From Deltaproteobacteria bacterium (lineage in GTDB: Bacteria; Myxococcota; Kuafuiibacteriia; Kuafuiibacteriales; Kuafuiibacteriaceae), in the NCBI GenBank assembly GCA_040218735.1, contig JAVJQW010000037.1, forward strand, positions 1 through 32,229: a DNA stretch of 32,229 bases, read 5' to 3'. The position numbers were made by a program, and so were the translations under genes. Shown in pieces: positions 9,495 through 18,220 of the stretch (the first letter of the stretch is position 1; the number at the start of each line of letters is the position of its first letter). The notes beneath the pieces were generated by a model, which was not told where the DNA came from, did not search any database, and worked only from the letters and a program-made list of their open reading frames with translations.

Positions 9495-9543
9495 CGTGAC
9501 CATCGCGCCACGCGACGCGCAGAACCGTCACGCGACCGTAACC
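9495..9543. promoter_or_regulatory. Tandem putative enhancer (UAS) sites
   Basis: CGTCAC-N6-GTAACC (9526-9543) and CGTGAC-N6-GCCACG (9495-9512) are 31 bp apart, and lie 61 and 30 bp from the sigma54 box. Confidence 0.55.
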
Positions 9544-9551
9544 CCGAGAGG

Positions 9552-10655
9552 TCAGTCGTCCTCGACGATCGGCAGGTCGATGTCGAAGCGCGTCCCGACC
9601 CCGACCTCGCTCGCGACGAAGATGGCGCCGCCGTGCTCCTCGACGATGCCGTACACCGTCGACAGCCCGAGACCCGTCCCGCGGTCCGGCGGCTTCGTCG
9701 TGAAGAAGGGCTCGAAGATGTGGTCCTGCGTGGCCTCGTCCATCCCCGCGCCGGTGTCCGAGACGGAGAGTCGGATGCAGGGCGTCGGGTTCCGCAGCGG
9801 CGGGAGCGAGGACACGACGTTCGTCGTTCGTACGGAGATCTTGCCAGCGCCTTCGATCGCGTCGCGCGCGTTGACGACCAGGTTCACGATCACCTGCTCG
9901 AGCTGGTTCGGGTCACCGAAGACGCTGTCGTTGTCCGCCTCCAGCCGCGTCTCCAGCTCGACGTCGTTGGACATCACACGCTCGAGGAGCCGGTCGGCGC
10001 CCGCCACGACGACGTTCAGCGGGAAGCGCTCGCGCTCCGAAGGCGTGCGCCGCGAGAAGTCCAGCAGCTGCCGCGTCAGGTTCGCACCGCGCTCGGCGGC
10101 GGAGCTCGCCTCGGTGAGGAACACCTGCGCCGGCGACGCGTCCTCGATCTTCGCGGCCGCGAACTTCAGGCACCCGCGGATGCCCATGAGGATGTTGTTG
10201 AAGTCGTGCGCGACGCCGGCGGCGAGGGTCCCGATGGCCTCGAGCTTCTGGGACTGACGCAGCTGGGCCTCGAGGTGCCGCCGCTCCGTGATGTCGCGGA
10301 GGATTCCGAAGTACATCCGCTCGCCACCCTCGACGTGCTCGGTCACGCCGAGGTCCACCTCGAACGTCGTCCCGTCCTTCCGGCGCGCGGTCACCTCGCG
10401 CCCGATGCCGATGATCTTGCGAATCCCCGTCGCGTGGTAGTTCGCGAGGTAACCGTCGTGATGCCCGGCGTGCTCGTCGGTCATGAGCACCGAGACGTTC
10501 TCGCCGATCACCTCTTCCGCCGTGTAACCGAACATCCCCTCGGCGGTGCGGTTGAAGCTGAGGACACGACCCGTCGAGTCGATCGTGATGATCGCGTCGA
10601 GGACGCCGTCGAGGATCGTACGGAGCGTCTCCGCGTCGTGCTGATTGGTGGGCAA
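9552..10655 (-). CDS. Soluble FixL-like heme-PAS sensor histidine kinase
   Basis: PAS domain with HHDGYLANY...KIIGIGREV...RRKDG (FixL-type proximal His and distal Arg), HisKA AAGVAHDFNNIL, HATPase NLVVNARDA/DTGAGM/FFTTK/GTGLGL. No TM segment or receiver domain. The TTG start is uncertain. Confidence 0.88.
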   Translation of the reverse strand: MPTNQHDAETLRTILDGVLDAIITIDSTGRVLSFNRTAEGMFGYTAEEVIGENVSVLMTDEHAGHHDGYLANYHATGIRKIIGIGREVTARRKDGTTFEVDLGVTEHVEGGERMYFGILRDITERRHLEAQLRQSQKLEAIGTLAAGVAHDFNNILMGIRGCLKFAAAKIEDASPAQVFLTEASSAAERGANLTRQLLDFSRRTPSERERFPLNVVVAGADRLLERVMSNDVELETRLEADNDSVFGDPNQLEQVIVNLVVNARDAIEGAGKISVRTTNVVSSLPPLRNPTPCIRLSVSDTGAGMDEATQDHIFEPFFTTKPPDRGTGLGLSTVYGIVEEHGGAIFVASEVGVGTRFDIDLPIVEDD

Positions 10656-10679
10656 GGCGCCCGGACCATAGCCGCCCGG

Positions 10680-12041
10680 CTACACGATGCCCAGGGCCCG
10701 ACACTTCTCCCAGAGGTTCTTGCGCGAGATGCCGAGGAGGTCCGCGGCGCGCGACTTCTTCCCTTCGACTGCACGGAGTGCACGTTCGATGTAGGCGCGC
10801 TCGAACTCCTTGATCGCCTGCGACAGCGGCCGCAGCTCACCGTTCTCCTCGTCGTCGCCTTCCTTCGCGCCGCCGAAGTTCGCCGGCAGGTGCTCGAGCG
10901 TGATCGTCTGACCACGCGATAGGACGACGGCCCGCTGAACCACGTGCTCGAGCTCCCGGACGTTGCCGTAGAACGGGTGACTCGCGAGCGCGCCCCAGAC
11001 CTCGGGCGACAGCTCCGGCGGCGTCCGACCGCCCGCGAACCGCTCCAGGTAGAACTCCACGAGCAGCGGCAGGTCGCCGTCGCGCTCGCGCAACGGCGGG
11101 ATGTTCAGGTCGATGCCGTTGAGGCGGTAGTACAGGTCTTCGCGGAACGTACCGACGCTGACGAGCGCCTCCAGATCGCGGTGCGTCGCGGAGAGGACTC
11201 GGACGTCGAGCTTCTTGGGCTCGTCCGTCCCGAGCGGCTCGACGATGCCCTCCTGCAGGACGCGCAGGAGCTTGGCCTGGGCCGTCGGCGGAATCTCGCC
11301 GACCTCGTCCAACATCAGCGTGCCGCCGTCGGCCATGGAGAAGCGCCCCTCGCGACGCTTGACCGCGCCGGTGAACGCTCCCGCCTCGTGCCCGAACAGC
11401 TCGGCCTCGAGCAACGTCTCGGGGAACGCGGCGCAGTTCACCGCGACGAACGGTTTGTCGCGGCGCTCGCTCAGCGCGTGGATGCGCCGTGCGACGAGCT
11501 CCTTACCGGTGCCCGTCTCACCGGTGATCAACACCGGCGCGTCGCTCTGCGCGATCGTGTCGACCATGTCGAGCAACCGCACCATCGAACGCGACCGACC
11601 GATGATCTCGCCACGCGCCGCACCGACGAGCTCGGCGCGCGCCGACGCGAGCTGATGCTGCAAACGCCGCCGCGCCCCGATGCGCTCGATGCGCACCGCG
11701 AGCTCCGACGGATCGAACGGCTTCACGAGGTAGTCACTCGCCCCGAGCTTCAGCGCTTCGACCGCATCCTCGACCGCGCCGAACGCGGTCATCAGGATGA
11801 CGTCGGTGGACGGCGACTCCTCGCGCGTCTTGCGGAACACCTCCATCCCGGTGATGCGCGGCATCCGCACGTCCGTGACCAGGAGGTCGAAGGGCCGTTG
11901 GCGAATCAGCTCGAGCGCCATCGCGCCGTCCTTGGCCTCCGTGACCGCGTGCCCCTCCTCGCGGAGGGTCTCGGACACGGTGAGCCGAATCGTCGGCTCG
12001 TCGTCGGCCACGATGATCTCGAGCGGAATCTTGTCGGCCAT
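10680..12041 (-). CDS. Sigma54-dependent response regulator (NtrC/AtoC/ZraR family)
   Basis: Start re-called at ATG 12041 after AAGGAGG. Receiver (ADDE, TDVRMP, KPF), Walker A GETGTGKE, GAFTGA, Walker B LMLDEV, and a Fis-type HTH. Confidence 0.95.
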   Translation of the reverse strand: MADKIPLEIIVADDEPTIRLTVSETLREEGHAVTEAKDGAMALELIRQRPFDLLVTDVRMPRITGMEVFRKTREESPSTDVILMTAFGAVEDAVEALKLGASDYLVKPFDPSELAVRIERIGARRRLQHQLASARAELVGAARGEIIGRSRSMVRLLDMVDTIAQSDAPVLITGETGTGKELVARRIHALSERRDKPFVAVNCAAFPETLLEAELFGHEAGAFTGAVKRREGRFSMADGGTLMLDEVGEIPPTAQAKLLRVLQEGIVEPLGTDEPKKLDVRVLSATHRDLEALVSVGTFREDLYYRLNGIDLNIPPLRERDGDLPLLVEFYLERFAGGRTPPELSPEVWGALASHPFYGNVRELEHVVQRAVVLSRGQTITLEHLPANFGGAKEGDDEENGELRPLSQAIKEFERAYIERALRAVEGKKSRAADLLGISRKNLWEKCRALGIV

Positions 12042-12072
12042 ACGGCCTCCTTGGTCCGGACTCCGCATCACT

Positions 12073-12489
12073 TCAGTCGCTAGAGACGACATGTTTGACG
12101 AAGTCCGTTTCGGTGAGGATGCCCACGAGTTTGTTGCCTTCGCAGACGGGCAGGCACCCGAATTTCTGTTCGATGAGGGTCCGCCCGGCCGACGCCAGAT
12201 CATCACCCGGCTCCGCGAACTCCGGGTCGGAGTTCATCACCTCGGCGATCTTGATCGTCTCCAGGAGCTGACGCTGCTCGGAGAGCGGCATGTCCTCCAC
12301 CTGCGCCAGGACATGCCGGAGCAGGTCCCGCTCGGTGACGAGGCCGACGAGCGCGTCGTCTTCGTCCACGATGGGCAAGTGCCGGAAGTGCCGCTCCGCC
12401 ATGAGGTCGTACGCCTCGAGGACGGAGTTGTTGGACGTGAGCTTCTCGACGTCCGAGGTCATGAGGTCGGAGACGCTGAGTTGGTTCAT
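12073..12489 (-). CDS. CBS-pair (Bateman) domain protein
   Basis: VSDLMT...RHLPIVD...LVGLVTERDL and VMNS...GCLPV...LVGILTETDF. Confidence 0.9.
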   Translation of the reverse strand: MNQLSVSDLMTSDVEKLTSNNSVLEAYDLMAERHFRHLPIVDEDDALVGLVTERDLLRHVLAQVEDMPLSEQRQLLETIKIAEVMNSDPEFAEPGDDLASAGRTLIEQKFGCLPVCEGNKLVGILTETDFVKHVVSSD

Positions 12490-12502
12490 GTCCGAGCCCG
12501 AC

Positions 12503-12518
12503 TGCATCCCTCGTGCCG
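12503..12518 (-). promoter_or_regulatory. Sigma54 -24/-12 promoter for the CBS-regulator-kinase operon
   Basis: The minus strand reads CGGCAC-GAGGG-ATGCA (GG-N10-GC). Confidence 0.6.
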
Positions 12519-12547
12519 CAGCCCCCGAGCCGCAGCTTTGCCGGCGA

Positions 12548-12596
12548 CGTTACCATGTCGGAACATCGAGCCAAGCGTCGTTACCCCGGCGAACGC
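12548..12596. promoter_or_regulatory. Tandem putative enhancer sites shared by two divergent sigma54 promoters
   Basis: CGTTAC-N6-GGAACA (12548-12565) and CGTTAC-CCCGGC-GAACGC (12579-12596) are 31 bp apart. Confidence 0.6.
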
Positions 12597-12626
12597 ACGG
12601 AACCGAGCGGCCCGGCCGCTTCATCG

Positions 12627-12642
12627 TGGCACACCGGTTGCG
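12627..12642 (+). promoter_or_regulatory. Sigma54 -24/-12 promoter for the USP fusion gene
   Basis: TGGCAC-ACCGG-TTGCG is essentially consensus. The predicted +1 near 12653 precedes GGAGG (12656-12660) and ATG 12669. Confidence 0.85.
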
Positions 12643-12668
12643 AGGCGATCGGTGCGGAGGTGACGACG

Positions 12669-13598
12669 ATGAACGTTCGTCGAATTCTTGTTCCCGTAGA
12701 CTTCTCGATGGCCTCGAAGGACGCGGTACGCGCCGCGCTGACGATCGCCGAGCGCTTCGACGCCGAAGTCGAGCTGCTGCACATGTGGATGCGCATCCCG
12801 GGCCTCGCCTTCGAGTTCGGCGCACAGGTCTCGGTCAACCTCGCGCAGAACGCCGTCGACGGCATGCGCACGTTCGTCCAAGAGCTGGACCTGCCCAACG
12901 ACGCGCGTATCACGACGCGCGTCGCCGAGGGGGAGGCGTGGCCGGCGATCATCGAGCTGTCGAAGTCGGTCGACATGATCGTCATGGGCACGCACGGACG
13001 CACCGGGCTGGACCGCGTCCTGCTCGGCAGCACGGCCGAGCGGGTCATCCGCGAAGCCTCGTGCCCGGTCCTCACGGTTCGCAACGGCGCCGCGACGCCC
13101 CTCCCCCAGGGGGACCTCGCCGAGCCGCGGATCGTGCGCGCGATGGTCGAGGACGACACGGCCCTGAAGACCGCGATCGACGCCCTGCTGAAGGGCGGCT
13201 TCGACGCCGAGGCGCTGAGCGTCGTCGTCGCCGAGGACGACCACGAGGTCGACTTCGCCGCGCTCGACGAGACGAAGGCCAAGGAGGCCGCGACGAGCGG
13301 TGGCCTGCTCGCGGGGACGGTCGGCGGCATCCTCGGCGGGCTCGCGGGCGTCGGCTCGGTCGTCACGACCGGCGGCCTCGCGCTGTTCGTCCTCGGACCG
13401 GCGCTCGGGTTCGCCGCGGTGGGTGGCGCCGTCGGCGGCCTGCTGGGACGCACCGTCCCGGCCGACCGCGCGAAGGTGCTCAAGGCGCAGATCTCCTCGG
13501 GGAGCCGCCTCATCGCGGTCCACGTCGACGGCGACGAGACCGCGAACAAGGCGATGGCCGTCCTCAAGGCGACCGGCGCGGACCTGCTCGACCTGTAG
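12669..13598 (+). CDS. USP domain fused to a C-terminal glycine-zipper / general-stress-protein-like membrane domain
   Basis: N-terminal USP (ILVPVDFS...MGTHGRTG...LGSTAE). The C-terminal part is a beta-alpha-beta unit with a Gly-rich hydrophobic hairpin (GGLLAGTVGGILGGLAG...GGAVGGLLG). Confidence 0.82.
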   Translation: MNVRRILVPVDFSMASKDAVRAALTIAERFDAEVELLHMWMRIPGLAFEFGAQVSVNLAQNAVDGMRTFVQELDLPNDARITTRVAEGEAWPAIIELSKSVDMIVMGTHGRTGLDRVLLGSTAERVIREASCPVLTVRNGAATPLPQGDLAEPRIVRAMVEDDTALKTAIDALLKGGFDAEALSVVVAEDDHEVDFAALDETKAKEAATSGGLLAGTVGGILGGLAGVGSVVTTGGLALFVLGPALGFAAVGGAVGGLLGRTVPADRAKVLKAQISSGSRLIAVHVDGDETANKAMAVLKATGADLLDL

Positions 13599-13672
13599 GC
13601 GATTCACCTGTCGAAAGTGGGCGCGTCTGCGGACGCCCTCGACCCGCGAACGCGGGCGCGCTCACCGCTCAT

Positions 13673-13701
13673 TCGACTCCGCACCAGCAGATCCCTACTC
13701 T
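13673..13701 (+). promoter_or_regulatory. Possible sigma70-type promoter, leaderless or near-leaderless
   Basis: TCGACT-N17-TACTCT ends 8 nt before ATG 13710, with no Shine-Dalgarno sequence. Confidence 0.4.
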
Positions 13702-13709
13702 GCGCCCCG

Positions 13710-14957
13710 ATGACACTCTTCATCGCGGGCGTCCTGATCGCCCTCGTCATCTCGGCGTTGTGTTCGGTGATGGAGGCGACGCTCCTGTCCCTCACTCCGG
13801 CGCAGGTCGCGACGCTCTCTCAGCAACGGCCGCGCATCGGCCGGATCTGGCAGGGCTTCAAGAGCGACGTCGAGCGACCGATCGCGGTCATCCTCTTGCT
13901 GAACACGGCGGCGCACACGATCGGCGCTTCGATCGCCGGCGCGCAGTTCGGCAAGGTCTTCGGCGAAGAGCACCTGTGGATCTTCGCGGGCGTGTTCACG
14001 TTCGTGATGCTCCAGTTCACGGAGATCCTCGCGAAGTCGGTCGGCGTTCGTCTCAATCGGTCCCTCGCCGTCGTCATCGCTCGCCCGCTCCAGCTGTCGG
14101 TGGTCGTCCTCCGTCCGGTGTTGTGGTTCGTCCACCTGATCAACCGGCCGTTCGAACCCAAGCGTGAGGAGGGCGACGAGGAGTCCGCGACGATCGGCGA
14201 GATCCGCGCGCTCGCGAGCCTCGCGAGGATCCGGCACCAGATCAACCCGGAGCAGGAGCGCATCATCGCGACCGCGCCGAAGCTGTCGCAGTACCACGTG
14301 CGCGACATCCAGATCCCGCTGAAGGAGGTCGCGTGGCTGGACTCGACCCAGTCCCTCGCCGACGCCATCACGCACGCCCGGCGCTTCCTCCACACCCGCT
14401 TCCCCGTCTGCCGCGGCGGCGACTACGACGACGTGATCGGCTACGCCAACGTGAAGGAGATGTTGTTCCTGGCGACGGACGAGATCGCCAACACCACCGA
14501 GGCCATCCCGGTGCGATCGGTGCTGCTCGTCCTCGGCGACGACTCCGCGGCGGACCTCTTGAACCGCTTCATCCGCGAGCGCATCCACATCGCGGTCGTG
14601 AAGGACGCCGAGGGCAAGACCACCGGGATCGTGACGTTCGAAGACGTGGTCGAAGAGCTGGTCGGCGACATCCGCGACGAGTTCGATCGACTGCCGCGCC
14701 ACGTCGCGCAGTCGGCGCGCGGGCGCTGGCGGGCCGGCGGCGGTCTTCCGATCGCGCAGCTCGGATCCACGATCGGTGTCGAGCTGCCCGGCGAGCCGGA
14801 CCGACGCCTGACGGCGTGGCTGGAGGAGCGCATCAACGGCCCGATGAACGTCGGCTCCACCGCCGAAGTCTCCGGGTTGCGGTTCACCGTGGGGCGACTG
14901 CGGCGCGGCAGCCTCTACGAGTGCGAGATCCAGCGGCTCGCGCCCGCCGACGCGTGA
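13710..14957 (+). CDS. CNNM/DUF21-CBS-CorC (hemolysin/TlyC-like) membrane protein
   Basis: SALCSVMEATLLS, ILLLNT, FTEILAKSVG (DUF21); CBS pair (HTRFPV, GIVTFEDVVEELVGDIRDEFD); C-terminal CorC-like domain. Confidence 0.88.
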   Translation: MTLFIAGVLIALVISALCSVMEATLLSLTPAQVATLSQQRPRIGRIWQGFKSDVERPIAVILLLNTAAHTIGASIAGAQFGKVFGEEHLWIFAGVFTFVMLQFTEILAKSVGVRLNRSLAVVIARPLQLSVVVLRPVLWFVHLINRPFEPKREEGDEESATIGEIRALASLARIRHQINPEQERIIATAPKLSQYHVRDIQIPLKEVAWLDSTQSLADAITHARRFLHTRFPVCRGGDYDDVIGYANVKEMLFLATDEIANTTEAIPVRSVLLVLGDDSAADLLNRFIRERIHIAVVKDAEGKTTGIVTFEDVVEELVGDIRDEFDRLPRHVAQSARGRWRAGGGLPIAQLGSTIGVELPGEPDRRLTAWLEERINGPMNVGSTAEVSGLRFTVGRLRRGSLYECEIQRLAPADA

Positions 14958-14961
14958 CGGT

Positions 14962-15618
14962 TCACTTCGGCGTCATGTCGCGCGCGGCGGTGTTGCCGTA
15001 GACGACCGCGACGAAGAAGAAGATCCCCGAGACCGCGTTGAACACCGCGATGCCGGGGCCATCGAGCGGCGACGGGTCGACGAAGTTCGCGATCGCCATC
15101 CCCGCGTGGATGCAGAAGAACACCAGGCTGACGAACTGCACCGCGCGGATGCCGATGCGTTGGCCCCACACCGAAGCCGCGAACAGCGTGAGGGTGAGGA
15201 GCAGGTGCCAGCCTGCGGTGTGGATGCCCATCTTCATCGCCCACGCGTCCGCCTGCTCCTCGGCCTTCACGAGGTAGAGCCAGCTCGCCACGAAGCCCGC
15301 GAACGACGCGAGGAGCGCCTGCGTCGCGTGGATCCACGCAGAGCGCGACGGCTTCAGCCGGACGTGGCCGATCTGCGGCACACGTTCGTCGTCGATGTAC
15401 AGCGCGAGCCGATTCGGATCCGGGACGTCACGGTCCGGGAGCTCGAGCCGCACCTCGTGGTCGCGCCACCGACCGACGAGGCTCTCGCGGCGCTCGTCGA
15501 AGTCGACGACGGTCTCGTCGCCGAACTTCACGCAGCCGCGCGAGAACAGGTGGTCACCGAGGAAGCGCGCCTGCACGCCGCCGTCGAGGTTCACCGAGAA
15601 CGGGACTTCGAGACTCAA
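14962..15618 (-). CDS. Hypothetical membrane protein (218 aa, ~4 TM), last gene of the oxidase operon
   Basis: Start re-called at TTG 15618. It follows AGGAGG and overlaps the upstream stop (TTGA). The N-terminal half is soluble and the C-terminal half is hydrophobic. Confidence 0.75.
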   Translation of the reverse strand: MSLEVPFSVNLDGGVQARFLGDHLFSRGCVKFGDETVVDFDERRESLVGRWRDHEVRLELPDRDVPDPNRLALYIDDERVPQIGHVRLKPSRSAWIHATQALLASFAGFVASWLYLVKAEEQADAWAMKMGIHTAGWHLLLTLTLFAASVWGQRIGIRAVQFVSLVFFCIHAGMAIANFVDPSPLDGPGIAVFNAVSGIFFFVAVVYGNTAARDMTPK

Positions 15619-16238
15619 TGGCAACCTCCTTCGTGCACCATCACGAAAGGCCGAACGAACAGCCACACCCCGACCGCGCACCACACGACACCGATCGCCG
15701 CCGCCGGGACGCGCGCCGCGAACCGTTGAATCGCACCGCGGAAGGCCGCGGGCACGAGGAGCGCCGGCAGCGTGGCGACGGAGAACGTGAACATCACCAG
15801 CGCGCCGTCGAGCGGGCGCGCGGTGGCCGCCGCGAGGCCCCACGCGGCCCACAGCAGGCCACACGGCATGAGCCCGGTCAGCAGACCGAGCCCCAGACCG
15901 CGCCGCGGGAGCACCGCGAAGAGCTGCGAGAACGTGTCCTTGCGCGGGAGCTGCAAGAGCCCCTCCCGGCGCCGAAGGAACTGCACGCCGTGCCACACGA
16001 CGACCGCCGCCGCTAGCCACGACGCGAGCACGTGCAGCGGCGCGACGTCGTGCACGACCAGCCCCGCCGCGCCCAGGAGCGCCCCCGCAAACGTGTACGC
16101 GACGCCGCGACCGAGGGCGTACTGCGTGGCGTCGCGCTTCGTCGTGCAACCTGCGGCCGCCAGCGGCCCGCACATGACGGCGCAGTGGAGGCTCCCGACG
16201 AAGCCGAACGCCGCGGCGGCGGTGAGTGTATCGATCAC
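15615..16238 (-). CDS. DsbD_2 / TauE-SafE-like membrane protein (cbb3 assembly-associated)
   Basis: GSLHCAVMCGPL, LGRGVAY and GLMPCGLLW motifs. This family commonly follows ccoI. Confidence 0.85.
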   Translation of the reverse strand: MIDTLTAAAAFGFVGSLHCAVMCGPLAAAGCTTKRDATQYALGRGVAYTFAGALLGAAGLVVHDVAPLHVLASWLAAAVVVWHGVQFLRRREGLLQLPRKDTFSQLFAVLPRRGLGLGLLTGLMPCGLLWAAWGLAAATARPLDGALVMFTFSVATLPALLVPAAFRGAIQRFAARVPAAAIGVVWCAVGVWLFVRPFVMVHEGGCH

Positions 16239-18220
16239 GCGCGTCCCCTCGACGAAGCGACGCCGATCGTCACCAGCGAGGACACCAGCATGCTGATGCC
16301 CGCGAACACCGGGCGCAGGTGCCCCGTGGCGGCGATGGCGAGGAAGACGACGTTGTAGGTCGTCGCGAAGATCAACATGCGGCGAACGGTCCGCATCGTG
16401 TCGCGGGCCTCTTCGATCGCCATCGGCACGAGCGACAGGTCGGTCGACATCAGTTTCACGGACGCGAGGCTCGACGACAGCTCGGAGCCTCCGGGGAGCG
16501 TGATGCCGACCGTCGCCGCGAGCGCGGGCACGTCGTTCACACCATCACCGACCATCGCGACCCGGCCGCCGTATCGCTGCACCCACGCGAGTTTGTCCTC
16601 CGGGGACTGCGACGCCTCGTAGCGAAGTCCCACGGCCTCCGCGACCCGCTGCGCGCGCGGCGCGACGTCGCCGGTGAGGATCGTCGCCTCGACGCCGAGC
16701 GCCCCGAGCCTCGCGACGGCCTCGGCGGCCTCCTCACGGGGACGCTCCTCCACGGTGAAGCGCGCCGCGACCGCGTCGTCGATCTCGAGGACGACGTACT
16801 CGTGGAGCGCTCGGATGCAGACCCTGTGACCCGCGACGTCCACACCTTCGACGCCCTTCCCGATCACGATGCGGTGGTCGGTGAGGTCGGCGGGGAGCAC
16901 GGGCAGGCTCCACGCGAGGAGCGCGCGCCCGACCGGGTGTTTGGTGTCGCGTTCGAGCGCGGCCACGAGCGCGCGGACCTCGACGAGGTCCGCGTCGGAA
17001 CGCACTTCGGTCACCGCGAGCTGGGCGGCCGTCAGCGTGCCGGTCTTGTCGAACGCGACGACCTCGACGTTCGCGAGCCGCTCCAGCGCGTCGGCGCTGC
17101 GGAACAACACACCGCGGCCGAGGAGACGTTCGAGCGTCAGCCACTGAATGAGCGGCGTGGAGATCGCGTAGGTGCAGGGACACGCGACGAGCACGACGGC
17201 GAGCGCGGCCTGCACGCCGTCGCCCCACCCTCGCGTCGCAGCGCCGTAGGCGAGCGCGGAGCCCGCGAGGACGACGACGAGGGGCGTGAGGATCGTCGCG
17301 AGGCGATCCGCGAGCCGCGACGAAGGCGAAGGCTCGCAGGTCAGGCGGCTCGCGAGCGCGCCGAGGCGCTCGAGCGTGGAGTCCCGACTCGTGGCGAGGG
17401 CGCGGCCGACCAACGCGCGGTCGAGCGGCACTGCGCCGGAGGGGACGAACGCGCCGACCTCCAACGTGCGGGGCATGGACTCGCCGGAGAGGATGCCGGT
17501 GTCGACGTCGACCGGGCCTTCGACGAGCTCGAGATCGACGGGGACCTTGCGGTCCGCCGGGACTCGCAGCACCGCGCCCGCCTCGATGCGCGCGGCCATG
17601 ACGGTGCCTCCACCGACGAGCTCGTAGGCGCCGAGCGCGGCCGACTCGGGCGCAACGAGGCGCGCGGCTTGGCTGCGCGCGGTGGACTCGAGGTAGCGAC
17701 CGAGCGTCGCGAGGACGAGCGCGGCGACGGCGCTGTCGAAGTACACGGCGCTCGCCCCGGTCACGAGGTGTCCGACGGAGAGCGCGTAGGCCGCGCCGGA
17801 GCCGATGACGATCAGGGCGGTCATCGACCACGCACCTTTGAGGACGCGCGCCAGAGCGTGGCGCGCGAGTGGGAGGCCACAGAGGATCATCACCGGCGTC
17901 GCGAGGACGGCGGAGGCGTAGCGGTAGAAGGAGCGGAGCCACCCCAGGCCGTCGGCCTCGGTGACGCCGTAGACGTCCTCGGCGTAGAGGAACAGCGCGA
18001 GCATCATCACCGCCATCGAGAGGAGCACCGACATCGTCAGCGCACTCTTGGTGCGCGACGAGTCGACGCTCGCCTCCTCGGCGAGCCGCGCCGCGACTTC
18101 GCAGCCGTAGCAGCAGAAGTCCTCACCGTCCGGGGCGGCGAAGCCGCAGTGCCGGCAGGCGGCGATGTCGACCGCCGGACCCGTGAGCCCGGCGGTCTCG
18201 ATGGCTGCTACCCGCTCCAC
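16235..18220 (-). CDS. ccoI: Cu(I)-type P1B-ATPase, CcoI/FixI-like
   Basis: N-terminal CRHCG...FCCYGC, SGES, ACPC, DKTGT, HP, TGD, GDGVND, and TM YN...P...MxxSS. Located in the cbb3 operon. Confidence 0.85.
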   Translation of the reverse strand: MERVAAIETAGLTGPAVDIAACRHCGFAAPDGEDFCCYGCEVAARLAEEASVDSSRTKSALTMSVLLSMAVMMLALFLYAEDVYGVTEADGLGWLRSFYRYASAVLATPVMILCGLPLARHALARVLKGAWSMTALIVIGSGAAYALSVGHLVTGASAVYFDSAVAALVLATLGRYLESTARSQAARLVAPESAALGAYELVGGGTVMAARIEAGAVLRVPADRKVPVDLELVEGPVDVDTGILSGESMPRTLEVGAFVPSGAVPLDRALVGRALATSRDSTLERLGALASRLTCEPSPSSRLADRLATILTPLVVVLAGSALAYGAATRGWGDGVQAALAVVLVACPCTYAISTPLIQWLTLERLLGRGVLFRSADALERLANVEVVAFDKTGTLTAAQLAVTEVRSDADLVEVRALVAALERDTKHPVGRALLAWSLPVLPADLTDHRIVIGKGVEGVDVAGHRVCIRALHEYVVLEIDDAVAARFTVEERPREEAAEAVARLGALGVEATILTGDVAPRAQRVAEAVGLRYEASQSPEDKLAWVQRYGGRVAMVGDGVNDVPALAATVGITLPGGSELSSSLASVKLMSTDLSLVPMAIEEARDTMRTVRRMLIFATTYNVVFLAIAATGHLRPVFAGISMLVSSLVTIGVASSRGRA

